Below, one piece after another: positions 41,763 through 56,145 of a stretch of 64,000 bases of DNA (its first letter is position 1; each line of letters begins with the position of its first letter). Location: positions 138,818,001 through 138,882,000 of the forward strand of contig OX597817.1 of the NCBI GenBank assembly GCA_951406725.2, read 5' to 3'. Made by a program: the position numbers and the translations under genes. This DNA comes from Octopus vulgaris (lineage: Eukaryota). The notes under the pieces were generated by a model. The model did not search any database, was not told the origin of the DNA, and saw only the letters and a program-made list of their open reading frames with translations.

Positions 41763-44038
41763 GTGATTGATATAATTGATGTTCCTCTTGGACAGACGCA
41801 ATATGCTCGAACCTTTCCAGTTCTGATCTCTAAACATAAAAACATGGACCCAATGTCCAAGAGTATAAAACCTATTAAAGTGACTCGAGGATTTGTTTAG
41901 GACTTTTTAAATTGACTCTGGAAGGAAGAAACAGAAAACTGACCTCGGCGTATTTTGAACTCAAAAAGATGTAACCAAACATCGACTCCGCCTCCCTGTG
42001 TATCCTTTGATACTGATTTATTGGAATGGCTCAAATCAACACATGGACACGTGTCTACACTCAACTGATTTAACCCTAGTAAAAAAAATTGTTTGAAGGC
42101 CGAAATGATGCGAAATGCAAGATGAAGTGAACCAGGAAAGTGAGGAGATAACAACACGTAGACGTGTTTTACGTGTTTTACCTTGCATTTCGATATCTCA
42201 GTGTTATGACCCTTTCCTCAGGACATGATCTCAGGACATGACCCTTTCCTCAGGACATGGAGAAATGTCACAATCCTGTCCCACGTACGTGAGAAATGAT
42301 TTATTCCATCTCTCCTCTCTCCATGAAGAAAGGGCCCTAACCTCGAAACATTAAAACACAAAGCAGAACTTCGACTGATGTTCTTTCTTCAGTTTAGTAT
42401 TTCGTTTCGCATTTTTTTCAGCCTTCAACAAGTTTCTGTCTAGAGTCAACAATTTACAATTCGATCTCTATTTTCTGCCGCCGTCTTCTTTTCTCTTCAA
42501 TTAAGACAATATCCTACATTTGCTGATTGTAAGGAAAAAACAAAAACAAAAACAAGAAGCCAATACAGAGATGTTGGGGGATAATTTTGGGGCTTTTATA
42601 TTGATAAGAATATTGATTTATCGATCTAAGTTCATTTCCTAACATTGTCGGTGATAAGCTGGGGGTGCTAGAAATAGCAGCCAAATCTCTCTCAGATCAC
42701 ATTCTAAGATTTTATTGGACGGTGATAAAGCAATGCTAGACTCATTGTGCTTAAAAAGACATACTAAACGGAATGATCATGGTTGCAGTTTCTTTGATTA
42801 TAATTTTGCCCGACCAGAGCTGACCTGCACCTAAACAACATCAAGAATAACAACATTGCACCTGTTATTAAACCAAACGAAAACCATCGATGAATGTTTG
42901 GTCGAAGGACTCAGGACGAAGCCAGTACCCATCGGCGATTACAGAGCCTTTTAGGAGGAGGAGGAGGGAGTTGCACTCAAACTGGAAACTCGACCCGAAA
43001 TGCTTGCAATACAGTGGACTCTACTAAAACCACTTAAGGTGCAGTCAGGTGGTGGTGTCCAACCGAGCGACGATTTTGTGGTCACAGTTGCCATTCTTTA
43101 CAAAAAGCAGTCATGACATTGAGATATTACTGCTTATTGCTGCCATCTCTCTACGGCAGACAATTATAACATCTTCCACCTCATTGTACATAAATATCAC
43201 AGTGGTAAATTATAACATTTCCATAGCGCTAGGGAGACACGGCTGCCATGTGTTAATGTTGCCTTAACCAAACACACTTGGAAACAGTGACAGAGGTCAA
43301 TGACATGATGCAGAAAACTATCCCGTTTCGAGATATCACTTTAATTAAGACCCAATATCTCCAGGCAACGCACCCAAATTTCTTCTATTTCAATTCTATA
43401 CTACTACAACAACAACAGCAGCAGCATCCCCGACTTCGCTGAGCCTGGATGCGCATTCATCCATCCATCGATGCTCTCGGTGTCGGGGGTTGACCTGCTT
43501 TCTCTTCTGCAGGTCTTACGAATAGCAAAGAACCATGTTTTGGACTTCTCCCGCTAATGGGACGAAGACCGCTTCGCTCAACAAACAAACAAACAGCAGC
43601 AGAAACACCAACGCTAATATGGCCACACGATCAAAATACGATGAAGATATTCGCTTTCCAATCATGTAGTTCAGGTTTCGATCTCACTGCGCTGCAGTGA
43701 CCCCAGGAAAGTTCCTTCTACAATATCCTGGAGTCGATCTCGCCTAGCGACTGAGATTGGGCTGATGAAACCTGAAGGACGACCTTAATCCATGGCTACA
43801 ATTGGTCTTTTGGTGAGATCAATAATTCCACCAAATGGAGTATAGATATCTGAGCCAAACTCCAATCGCAGAATAACTTAATCCTGATACGTATTCCCTG
43901 ATTCCCTTTCCTCCCTCCAGTTCCCCTGACCCACGGGACCCACCCTTCGACCAGTCAACATCATTAAAAAAATATCGATACGTTTTCTTTTCTTTCCCCT
44001 TTTGAAACGGTTTCTTTTATTTCTGTTCGCTTTTGCAG

Positions 44039-44259
44039 GTCAGACGGGTGTGAACCAGTTGGGCGGTGTCTTTGTCAATGGTCGACCTCTTCCCGATCAC
44101 ATCAGACGACGAATAGTGGAGTTAGCACAGATGGGCGTACGGCCATGTGACATCTCGCGGCAACTTCTCGTCTCACACGGCTGTGTTAGTAAGATACTGA
44201 CGAGATTTTACGAGACAGGTTCCATCAAGCCTGGTTCTATTGGTGGCAGTAAGCCGAAG
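44039..44259 (+). CDS. Poxn: Pox neuro-type Pax gene, paired domain N-terminal (PAI) exon
   Basis: ttttgcag|GT CAG ACG ... AAG CCG AAG|gtgagg. Encodes [74 protein letters not shown]. The LLVSHG and LTRFYETG motifs are Poxn/PaxA-C signatures. Confidence 0.96.
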
Positions 44260-44713
44260 GTGAGGGTAAATATCAGTTTTGTGAGTATAGTTTCCGACAT
44301 TCTTTCCAATGAATCTTTCTTTCTCTCTCTCTTTCTTTCTACCCCTTTCTTCCTTCCTTTCTTTCTTTCATTCTTTAATTCTCTTTTTCTCTAATTCTTT
44401 CATTCTTTAAATCTTTCTTTCTTTCATTCTTTCTTTTCCTTTCCTCCTTCTTCACTTACTTTCCCTTCTTTCCTTCTTTAACCCACCTCCCCCATCCTTC
44501 CCCCCACTTCGGCATAATCCTATGATATCTCTCTCTCTTTTAAAGATCGTTTCCCGCTTCCCTCCCTCTTCCTTCTCCCTGCGCTGACCGTTTTCCCTAA
44601 TCTTAACTAATATCAACCTCAGGGTGGGAGGAAGAGAAACACAGTTTTCTCTTTAAACCTAACATAGAGACGACGAGGGTTCATCGACAATTGAATATCA
44701 TTACAAAGATCAA

Positions 44714-45380
<667 letters not shown>

Positions 45381-47202
45381 TCTCTTGCGCAATATATGAA
45401 AATCGGAGGCATGTGTTATGAGAGAGAGCATGCATGTGGTCAGAAATCGAAACAGCGTAAAAGAAGAACCAAAGAGAGATTGCGTGGGGAGACGTGGGAG
45501 GAGGGAGCCCACGTGACCAACGTGACCAACCGACTGGAGAAGTCAGCGCTCCTGGTTCGTGTATTAATGTTATTACATTGTAAACCTGATGTTATAATGT
45601 TATAATATCGTTATATGATTGATATAAGGTTACCTTAATCGTATGTGCGTGTCGTGTACACATACAAAGTGCGGAAAAAGGAAGCTTCCCGGATTCACCC
45701 ATCTTGATAAAAGTTTCACGAGCAACCAGACCATATGCACCAGACCATGTGCACCAGACCATGTGCACCAAGGCATTAATGATGAGTGAGGGAAATAAAG
45801 AAGACGTTGAGAAACCCCATTGCCCCGACCAGCCTAACGCCACCAATGTCTCACCAAAGGTCTTGTAAAGTGTGGAAGTTTTTCTGCTCCACACTGTATA
45901 TTTCTGATATATACAAATGAAACCTGTGTGTTTAATTAACATGAGACCATACGGTTCTACTAGCTGTAACATAAGGAAATAAACTATTCGGTTAATCAGT
46001 TTAAATTGATTAACACTACACCTAATTATGTGAATAATTTCTTTAATAATTATATTAATTAAGAATTTCATTATAATAATTCTTACTACTGTAGCCACAA
46101 AGACTGTATTTTTTGTGAAGGGGCAAGTCGATTACATCGACCCCAGTATTCAGCTGGTACTTATTTTATCGCTCTTGAAAGATGATCGCTTTCATAATTT
46201 CTGAAATTGCTTTCTTTTCATAAGTTACATATATTTAATTAATTGATAAATTGATTAATTAATCAATCCTAATAAGGGCTTGTAAACTTCGTTTCCGTTC
46301 AGTTTACTATAAATTTCAATATGTTGTTTCGTACAACCACATCATCTGTTGCCCAAGTCTACCTTAGTTAATTTATCAAAATAGATCCTGATTAGAAACG
46401 CACACAGCTATCATACTACAGCCCTACAACGAGTTTTGAGTTTAATGATACCCCAAAAGAAGCCACATCTACCCAGGTTTAGCAAATGGGACACAAATAT
46501 TTGTTGCTTTGTCTGAGAAGAATGGAATAAGCACTAAAAGCTGGGATGTTCCTGGAAAATGGTTTTATTTCCATTAAATGACCGGGAAAGGAAAAACAAA
46601 TGCCTCATATAAAGCAAAAAAAATGTACGAAATGAATCGGTTACAAGAACAGGTCTTGTCTCACAGAGTATAAAGAGAAAAGAATCGAAGAGATACACAT
46701 GGCGGTTATATGTTTGTGTGTGTGTAGGATCGAGGTGTAGGAAGAAAGTTAGCTTCAAGTGATCCGTTCTAAATATAAAAAGCAACTTTCAGTGACAATA
46801 GTGGTTTATTGAGACGGAAGGTTATAGATTTTTTTTTTCGTATCGAAGAACATAAGCTGAAATATTGTAGATAGTCCATCAGTGTCTGGCGACGACAAAG
46901 TCTGTGTCTCTCGGCGATGACATCGCTTGTGACTCCACACACACACATTCATATACATATAGGCAGACATATATGTGTTGTTGTAAGTATGTATGTATGT
47001 ATGTATTGGACTTGTAAATGATCAATGATTATAATGACCGAAACATATAAGACAGGTTTATATTTGCATTGATTTTGTTACAAATATAATTACAGAAAAT
47101 TATTAATTAATTATGTCTTTGAAATTGTCCAATATTTTCATTATGTCTACATTTTAATTTTTCTATCTCACTCTTTTTCTCTTTTAAATTTCAACATTAA
47201 AG

Positions 47203-47788
47203 CAAGTGGCGACACCTCTGGTTGTTCGTAAGATTTTGAACTTTAAGCAAGAAAACCCGTCGATATTCGCCTGGGAAATCCGTGATCGGCTTTTGGCTCA
47301 ACGAATCTGTGATGAACAATCAATACCGAGTGTCAGCTCAATCAACCGCATCCTTCGAAATGCCAACGCTTTCGTTGGCGGAGATTGTGATTCCCCTTCT
47401 TCCGGTCTCAACCAACAATCCCTCAGTCTACAATCTCCGAAATGCTTTATGGCGGCTGCTGCAGCTTCTACCTCAAATGTACCAGCCCGTCCGGGTTCAA
47501 ATCCATCTGGCCCCGGTCTACCGCCAACCGCTGGACTTGCAACAGCAGCTCTGTTTCCACATCCGGCTTATACGAACAACTTCCTGCCCATACCAGGACT
47601 TTCCTACCCGAAACTGGTGCAAGTTTGCAGCAACGGATCATCGACGAATGGAGGAAGTATGGAAGTTGAATGTTCAACCAGTCCATCACCGCGTGATTCA
47701 ACGGGCAGTGACAAAGATGTTGACATTAACAACGGTGAAGACGATTCGCCGATGCCCACTAAACGGAAATCCAGTCACATCACTTCCG
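47203..47788 (+). CDS. Poxn: Pox neuro-type Pax gene, paired domain C-terminal (RED) exon plus S/P/A-rich region
   Basis: taaag|CAA GTG GCG ... ACT TCC G|gtaagt. Encodes [53 protein letters not shown].... The extra Q in KQVATP is characteristic of Poxn. Phase-0 join to the previous exon, phase-1 exit. Confidence 0.95.
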
Positions 47789-48380
47789 GTAAGTGTAACA
47801 TTGATATATTTCGATATTATTAATGACTGCAATGGAATAACGGGAAGCTGTGTGAGCTGCGTGATCTATTGTAGTGTCTCTATGACTGTGTTAATACATC
47901 GAGCTCAAACTAAATGTTATTAACTCACATCGACGCAGCCACGGCTCTAATGCCATATGTATTAGACAGCTGATATGGTTCATTCGAAAATAATTAGTTA
48001 ATTTATGATAATTAATTGTTACGTATTTGATTCAAACGTAAACAAATGTTCCACAGTTGTTTGATTAATTAATTTAATTAGTTTAAATTTCCATGGTTCC
48101 AATAATGAAAGGACTCACCAACCATGTGTTGTTTTTCTACATTTCTGCATATATTTAAAGCTATTATCATTGTTGTATAGAATTAATTTTATTATCTAGT
48201 ATTAAGTAATTAATACAGTTCTATATTTAAGAGATGAGGAATTATGTACATTATTTACATTATTTACATTTGACGGATATTTGTTCTCATCTTGTTTCGG
48301 CTGATATACCCTCCAGCCTTCATCAGGTGTCTTGGGGAAATTTCGAACCTGGGTTCTCATACCTAAGGTATTTTTCGATG

Positions 48381-48446
<66 letters not shown>

Positions 48447-48523
48447 TCACTGCCTGAAATCGAATTCGGAATCTAGGGGTTATTAGCCCACGCTCTTGAC
48501 TACGCCATATGTCCAGGCAGTGA

Positions 48524-48649
<126 letters not shown>

Positions 48650-48658
48650 TAATAATAA

Positions 48659-49213
48659 TGCCCTGATGCAGTACCAGGCAGTGGCTCTCATGGCTTCTGA
48701 TCTTAACTGATTGGAAGTGTTATCATGTACATTGTTTTGTCTTGGTATAAAAGATGGGCTACAGCAAATATTCTGCTCAATACCACAGATTTGCTTGTTA
48801 GTTGTTTGACCTTAACCAGTTGAGCATGTCCCTTAGTGGCTGACGATATGTGCATCTCTGATCACGAGCAGAAGTAGTGGGGGAGCATCATAGCCATGTG
48901 TTGAGAAGGATTCTTTGGGGTTTGAATAATTCACCTCTGGAAACATGGGTGTTTCGTTCAACATCCTTAAACAACCCTTATTCAGGGACCTTTTGAGCGG
49001 GATGGGTTACTCGATCTGAAGAAAATTCTAACTGGGCCCCACCTGCAAGGTCATGTGCTGTTTATATTGATATGAGATCACCATGTTGCGCACATATGGT
49101 TGTAATGCATGTGCCTGGTGTACCCTTATCAGACGGGTAGTCATGATGGGTATACTGGGCTTCGTATATTTTGCCCCAGTGTCACTTTGATGGCATGCTC
49201 TGCTCGCTCACTC
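48659..49213. mobile_element. Unclassified ~555-bp insertion nested in the (AAT)n tract
   Basis: Unique-looking block flanked on both sides by (AAT)n, and absent from the sister minus copy. Confidence 0.65.
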
Positions 49214-49232
49214 AATAATAATAATAATAATG

Positions 49233-49270
<38 letters not shown>

Positions 49271-49280
49271 CATAATAATG

Positions 49281-49353
<73 letters not shown>

Positions 49354-49376
49354 TGATAATAATAATAATAATAATG

Positions 49377-49439
<63 letters not shown>

Positions 49440-49486
49440 TCGAAAAATACCTTAGGAATGAGAACCCAGGTTCGAAATTTCCCCAA

Positions 49487-49532
49487 GACACCTGATGAAG
49501 GCTGGAGGGTATATCAGCCGAAACGTTGTGTT
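49487..49532 (+). ncRNA. Minimal type-I hammerhead ribozyme with intact core
   Basis: GACAC-CTGATGA-A-GGCTG gagggtatat CAGCC-GAAAC-GTT-GTGTT. Predicted cleavage after 49527. Confidence 0.75.
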
Positions 49533-50412
49533 AACAACAAACAAGATGAGGACAAATATCCGACAAATGTATATAATGTAAGTAATTAATCTTAATAATT
49601 GCTGTTTGATAGCAGAAGCGGTGGAGAGCAACTTTACCTATTTTAATCTCTGACTATTTCGTGTTTAGATCTCATACGGATCGCCTTCATCTTTCCTCGG
49701 TCTAGAGCAGCCATCTTTTGATATCGATTCAGATTATGCTTTCGGTAACCCTTAGTCTTCTATTTAATACCATTTTCAAAGAAACTGCATTATAACTGTC
49801 GCTATTAATAAGTGAACAGAGTTGAGTCTCCCTCGGTTACAGGTTCAAATCCTATTGAGATGGATTCAATATTCTTCTAGGAAAATATTTGTGCAAAGCC
49901 AAAACTCATTAAAGCAGACCTAAGTCAAGACATTCCATTCGTGACCATCCAGTCTTTTAGTATATCTAGTAGCGGTTGTCGTGATTGTTGTCGCAATGTT
50001 AGTGTTGTTACTGGTTGTCGAAGTATTGCTCGCAGAGGAGGAGATGGTGGTGGGGTGATGTGGAGAAGGGGGTAATGGGGGATGAGTGTGGCGGTGGCGG
50101 GTTAGTGGTTGAGATGTTGATAGTAATGATGCTTACAGAGGTGGTGGTGGTGGTGGTGGCGGCGGTAATGATGATACATAATCAATTTAAGTCAAATTAA
50201 TTAATAAACCCAGATTACCCGGAATGTTAATCAGGAAACCGTTACTGATTTAATGCGTAGCCGTATTTCGTCTGCCGTTACTGATTTAAAGATGCAGTAT
50301 AAAAACACAGCTGAGACGAAAATGATAAAGGGTGCGATGCCGAACACCCGAGGTGGGGCATGACTTACGCCGTTTAAGTAGCTTCTTGTTGGGCTTCGGA
50401 TCTCGTGAGATT

Positions 50413-50644
50413 GTGGCTGGCAGAAACGTTAGCACGCCGGGCGAAATGCGTAGCCCTATTTCGTCTGCCGCTACGTTCGGAGTTCAAATTCCGCCGAGGT
50501 CGACTTTGCCTTTCATCCTTTCGGGGGTCGATTAAATAAGTACCAGTAACGCACTGGGGTCGATATAATCGACTTAATCCGTTTGTCTGTCCTTGTTTGT
50601 CCTCTCTGTGTTTAGCCCCTTGTGGGTAGTAAAGAAATAGGTAT
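50413..50644 (+). mobile_element. Meta-like SINE copy
   Basis: GCTGGCAGAAACGTTAGCACGCCGGGCG...GTAAAGAAATAGGTAT. Confidence 0.85.
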
Positions 50645-50962
50645 TGAAATTGAGATGGATAGCAGAAGGGTGATTGGTGAACTGAAGGAGGAAGCGGAAG
50701 GTAGTTGATGATGGAGAGAAAGGCCAATAGGGAGATCAATGAACAAATCGTCAGTAAACCATACACGGTGAGCAGCGGGGTGTAAAAGGGGGCATGGTGT
50801 GGTCCTTAAGAATCTTATTATTTCATCATATCGTCAATGGAGGTTGGCACCGTGAGGGAGAGCGGCATTATCGAAGTCAGAGAGGTTGTTAGGGCTATCT
50901 AGCTTCTCGACAATTGAATAAGGCATGACCCCTGGCTGGCGTTCTTTATACAATGCATACAT

Positions 50963-51012
<50 letters not shown>

Positions 51013-51397
51013 TTATAAATGTTTAAACAACCCTAAGGCTGTTTAAATTATGGAGAAGAAGAACGACCACATAGGTCATTTTTCAATAATAACTTTAATT
51101 ATATAATTTTTATAATACGGTATCTAATTGAAGACTACATTATTATTATAAAAAATAATATATGATTAAAGTTTATATATATATAGGAGAGAAATAGGCA
51201 TTCAGAATGCTGGATGATTGTATATAAATATATATATATTTATTTACATATCACATATTATTTCTTCAAATCACATATTTAATTACATATTTAAGCGCTT
51301 TCAACCACTACTGTAGTCTCATCAGAAATGTCAGTTTGTAGAGTTTTGCCTGTTTTTATATTATTGGTGAATGAAGTGGGGAGAGAGAGAGAGAGAG

Positions 51398-51435
<38 letters not shown>

Positions 51436-51555
51436 ATGGGGAATAGGAGGAAGAAGGTGAAAGAGAGAGAATATGGGTGTGTGTGTTTTAAAAATGTGTT
51501 TTTTCTCTTTTTTCTTTTTTCTTCTTTAAATCTGTACATCACCCCCAATATTTCT

Positions 51556-51589
<34 letters not shown>

Positions 51590-51596
51590 TAGATAT

Positions 51597-51655
<59 letters not shown>

Positions 51656-51657
51656 TA

Positions 51658-52056
51658 GGGCGGTGAGCTGGCAGAAACGTTAGCACGCCAGGCGAAATGC
51701 GTAGCCGTATTTCGTCTGCCATTACGTTCTGAGTTCAAATTCCGCCGAGGTCGACTTTGCCTTTCATCCTTTCGGGGTCGATAAATTAAGTACCAGTTAC
51801 GCACTGGGGTCGATGTAATCGACTTAATCCGTTTGTCTGTCCTTGTTTTTCCTCTCTGTGTTTAGCCCCTTGTGGGTAGTAAAGAAATAGGTATTTCGTC
51901 TGCCTTTACGTTATGAGTTCAAATCTCGCGGAGGTTGACTTTGCCTTTCATCCTTTTGAGCTCGACAAAATTAGTACCAGTTACGCACTGGGGTCGATGT
52001 AATCGAATTAATCCCTTTCCCCCAAATCTGAGGTCTTGTGCTTCCAGTAGAAAGAA
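51658..52056 (+). mobile_element. Meta-like SINE, full copy followed by a partial copy with the alternative tail
   Basis: GGCGGTGAGCTGGCAGAAACG...AAAGAAATAG, then a restart at GTATTTCGTCTGCC. Confidence 0.85.
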
Positions 52057-52502
52057 TTATTATCTATTTATCTATGTGTGTGTGTGTGTCTATATATGTA
52101 TATATATATATATATGTTTATGTCGGTGGGGGAGGGGTAGATATATACATACATGAACGTATAATTCTTTTCAAAGTCTAAATGAGTTATGGAAAAGTAG
52201 ATAATTTTCATATGTAAAAAAATAAAAATGAAACAAAATAAAAGAAGAGAATAAATACGAAAAAAAAATCTTGAAGTCCAGAATGTTCTTTAGTTTGCTG
52301 TCGTTTTAATAAAACCGTTAATGTTTCATTAGAAAATTTCACCTGCGTTCATTTAATAACCCCTCCTCCCTTCATAAATGCATATAGAATATACAAGTAC
52401 ACACTTATATTTATACTTTATACATATATATATATATATAAACGTATATATATATATGTAAAGACGGATATACATACATATAAACGTATATAAATGTAAA
52501 GA

Positions 52503-52562
<60 letters not shown>

Positions 52563-52600
52563 CGTACAAGCACGAATAAACGCACACATAAATATATATG

Positions 52601-52640
<40 letters not shown>

Positions 52641-53483
52641 TGTGCAATAGACAGATAGATTACTCGACGGACAGTTCAATAAATAGGTAGATTTATCTAG
52701 TTATCTAACTGATGGAGAGAGAGAGAGAGAGAAATATACATACATACATACATACCCGCGAATACCTCACTCTTGAGAAAATGCTAATAAAGTCTGGAAA
52801 GTGTAAAAAAGCGTTTAAAAGAGACAAAAGAAAAAGAAAACAAGAAAGAAGATGACGTTGAAAGAATTTTAAGGTCCAGAAACTTCTTTATGTTTCAGGC
52901 CTCTTGATAGAAACGTGAAGGGAGCAGAAGCAAATTTCAGCTGCATCCATTAATGGAGTCCGTTGTTGTTGTTGTTGTTGTTGTTGCTGTTGGTTCGTCT
53001 CGTCTGGTTTCCATCTACACTTACCATCGTCTTCTGCACTGTAATTGGTTAATATCGTTCCGGCACAAGTGGAAATTCAGTTCTCGCTGATTGCATGGAG
53101 ACACGCCATGCTAGAATTGTCATCGCCACGGTTGAATGATTCCATGCTGGTGATGGAGGGGGAGCGAGGAGGGGGAGCGGTGACGGCCGGGAGCTGTTTG
53201 TTCTGTATCAGTGTTTCTTAGCTCACACCTCCGAGACTCAGAGACATAAAATGGCAATTAAGAATGGTAGCGTTAACCACGACTACAGCGACAACATAAC
53301 AACCACCACCACCACCACCACCACCACCACTACCACCACTAACAACAACAACAACAGCAACAGCAACAATGGTAATAAGTTGCCATGTTTATAAATATAG
53401 ATAAATACAATGGAAAGATTTCTATAAGATGCAATTACATGTCTACACATGTTCAAACAGTAATGTTTATGCGAAAACATAAG

Positions 53484-53525
<42 letters not shown>

Positions 53526-53687
53526 ATCGGAAAAAGAGGAAGAGAGGGGGAAAATAGGGAATCAAAAAGAGACACACAGACAGGCAGACACAGGACAGAC
53601 AGAGTGCATATTTATACAAACACACACACACGCACTTATGTTTGTGTGAATATATATATATATATTATATACATACACACACATACT

Positions 53688-53734
<47 letters not shown>

Positions 53735-54104
53735 ACACATACCTCCTGGCATATATAAGCATACACTTACTATTGTAAACATCAATAACTCCTACCCTGC
53801 CCCGCCCACCTCTTCGATTGCTTCCATTTCAGTTATTCTTCAATATTTCACCAAAATCTTCTGATGGTTCTTTATTTTCTCAAGTGTTTTCCTCGTGTGA
53901 CAATTGTTCTGAGCATGCGCAGTCGAGACCCTTTCATTTCTTGTTTTGGTTCCAATTTTCTCTGTTATGCTGACATTAAAACTTCTCAATAAATGCAACG
54001 TCTGTCTCTCCCTCCCACCGTTTGTGCCTCTATATATGCGTATATACATGTAGAAAGAGAGAGTATAAATAGAGTATAATAAAGTTGCTGTGTAAAGGGG
54101 AAAA

Positions 54105-54211
54105 ACCAACGTTTCGGACAGAGTCTTTCATCATGGAAAAGGTGACAGGACTCAAATGAATTTCTCTTGTCAACATTTCCTTGAAGAAGGACGTTATCCG
54201 AAACGTTGGGG
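54105..54211. ncRNA. Divergent pair of decayed minimal hammerhead motifs
   Basis: Plus: TTCC-TTGAAGA-A-GGA cgtta TCC-GAAAC-GTT-GGGG. Minus: CC-ATGATGA-A-AGAC tct GTCC-GAAAC-GTT-GG. Confidence 0.5.
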
Positions 54212-56081
54212 TTTTCTCTCTCCATTGCAAATTCACTGGGCTCCTTTCGCCGATTTTACTAATGAATGTCTTGCTGACACTGACCAACACCAGTCTCTTC
54301 AGATTCTCTCTCTCTTCCTCTCTCGCTTTCCCAGTTCTCTCTCTCTTTTTCACTCACTCTCCCTCATCTGTTGTCTGTTCACCATCCCGTATCTCACAAC
54401 TATGTCCACTTCCCCACTTTATCACTTCATGATAAAGCTGTTAGTATTATTACTAACGATGGGGATTATGTTGGAGCAGTGCTGCTACTGCTGCTGGTGC
54501 TACTACCGCTGCTATTACTACTGCTGTTACTACCACTACACTTGCTCATGCTGGTACAGCTGCTACTGCTGCTGTTGTTGGCGACTGAGTCTATCATTGT
54601 GTACCTCCTTTCATGTAACCCCATTACAGCCATAATTTACACCTATATAATAAATATAATGACATTTAATATGGAGAGACAGAGATAAATATGGCGTGTG
54701 TGTATCCCGACGTTAGACTGATACCTGTCCACGAACATCCCTATTTGTAGCGCATCCTTATTTTCACCAAAATCTCCGTTACTTTTCTATAATCCTTATT
54801 TTCATGTCATCAAAACACTTCCAGTCATCCATTTGCACCACATTTTTTTCTGTTTCTACACCTCTAGTCATCCATACATGTCGTTCTTTCTTACCTTTCT
54901 CATACTCCATACCTTTTTTTCTCTTCCATAACTTCAGTTTTTTCATGCGCATCAATTTTTCTTACCTTCCTCCCTGCTTTCTTTTATATCCTCCGTACTT
55001 CCAGTCTTCCACGTGCATCGCTCTTTCTTTTTATCGTCTTTTTATAAGCCATTATTTCCTCTCTTTATCTCTAGCCTTCCAGATTCTCTTCTGCCTTCCA
55101 ATATTCCACACTTATCTGTCGTCCATACTTTAAACTTTCCTTTCCACGTCTTCAGTTCTTAACCATTCCTCTTCCATATCTTCTTATTTCTTTCTCCTAT
55201 TTTTCTAGCCAGTTCTTACTTTCATTCCTCTTTCATACATCTTCATTCATTCTCCATTTCTTCCTTTAGAGACTCTTTCAACTTTTAATTTCTTCATTAT
55301 TTCCTTCTTCTAACTTTCGATTATTCACCTCTCACCCCCCCGCCCCGACTGTACTTTTACTTCTTTTTTTCTCTTCTTTTCCTATTCTTTTATATTTCTT
55401 CCATAAGTTCTTCATGTTATTTGCTTCTTCGTTTTCTCTTCTTCACATTCTTATTTTGCTTCTTCCATCTTTTTAATCGCTTATTTACTTTTGCAACTGC
55501 AATTAGGTTTAAATTCTAAATTACAAGCTCTAAAGTGTACCACGTTGTTTGCTTGTTCATTCTTTCTTTCTAATATATATCTAGCCGCTCAATGATGAAC
55601 CACTTATAGCCATTCGTTGTTAGAAACTACAACACCACTTTTGTTTTATTTGCATATATACCAGACATAAGTTTCATAAACTACAAAATATAAATGTTCA
55701 CACTACCACACCTGAAATGTACCTGTTATAATTCTTTATCTCGATTTGAATGTACGTGAAGGTATTTAGAATGTCCAAACTTACTTCTGCAAATGTGCTA
55801 AGAACTGATGCTGATCATAGTTTAATCAACAAGCGTAGGAGCGAGGTAAATGTAGTAGCAATAAGGGGGTCAGTGGGGCCCCAATTAAGCGGCTCTTACA
55901 AAAACAGACCCCCTCAGGACATGCCTGGAATTAGGGCAGTTGATGGTTTGAGTTTCGTTGTCCTTGCACCAATGGTCTAGGAGGAGTTAACGAACATAGA
56001 AACGTAACAAACAGAGGAACATCACTGAGATTTATATTAAGACATATGTATGTGCACGCGTGTGTGTATATATATGTCTAT

Positions 56082-56145
<64 letters not shown>

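Noticed and set aside
41070-41900. Repetitive Cys/His ORFs or a CRISPR-like array
   Set aside because: Contiguous 30-bp units with no unique spacers, open in several frames: a minisatellite.
44002-44394. ORF with an apparent signal peptide [12 protein letters not shown] before the paired domain
   Set aside because: This is the translated polypyrimidine tract; the real exon starts at 44039.
47205-47206. Alternative AG acceptor 4 nt downstream
   Set aside because: It would frameshift the paired domain; only 47203 keeps the frame.
47282-47923. 213-aa alternative-frame ORF overlapping the Pax exon
   Set aside because: Non-ATG start, no recognisable domain, and it runs through the donor into the intron; a shadow ORF.
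48450-48511. Functional tRNA gene
   Set aside because: Shortened D-arm, altered B box and no proper acceptor stem; it is a SINE head. The same applies at 2450-2525 and 5570-5645.
54156-54635. Cys/Tyr-rich 159-aa ORF
   Set aside because: Derived from a pLTR-like relic, a CT tract and a CTG/CTA trinucleotide repeat.
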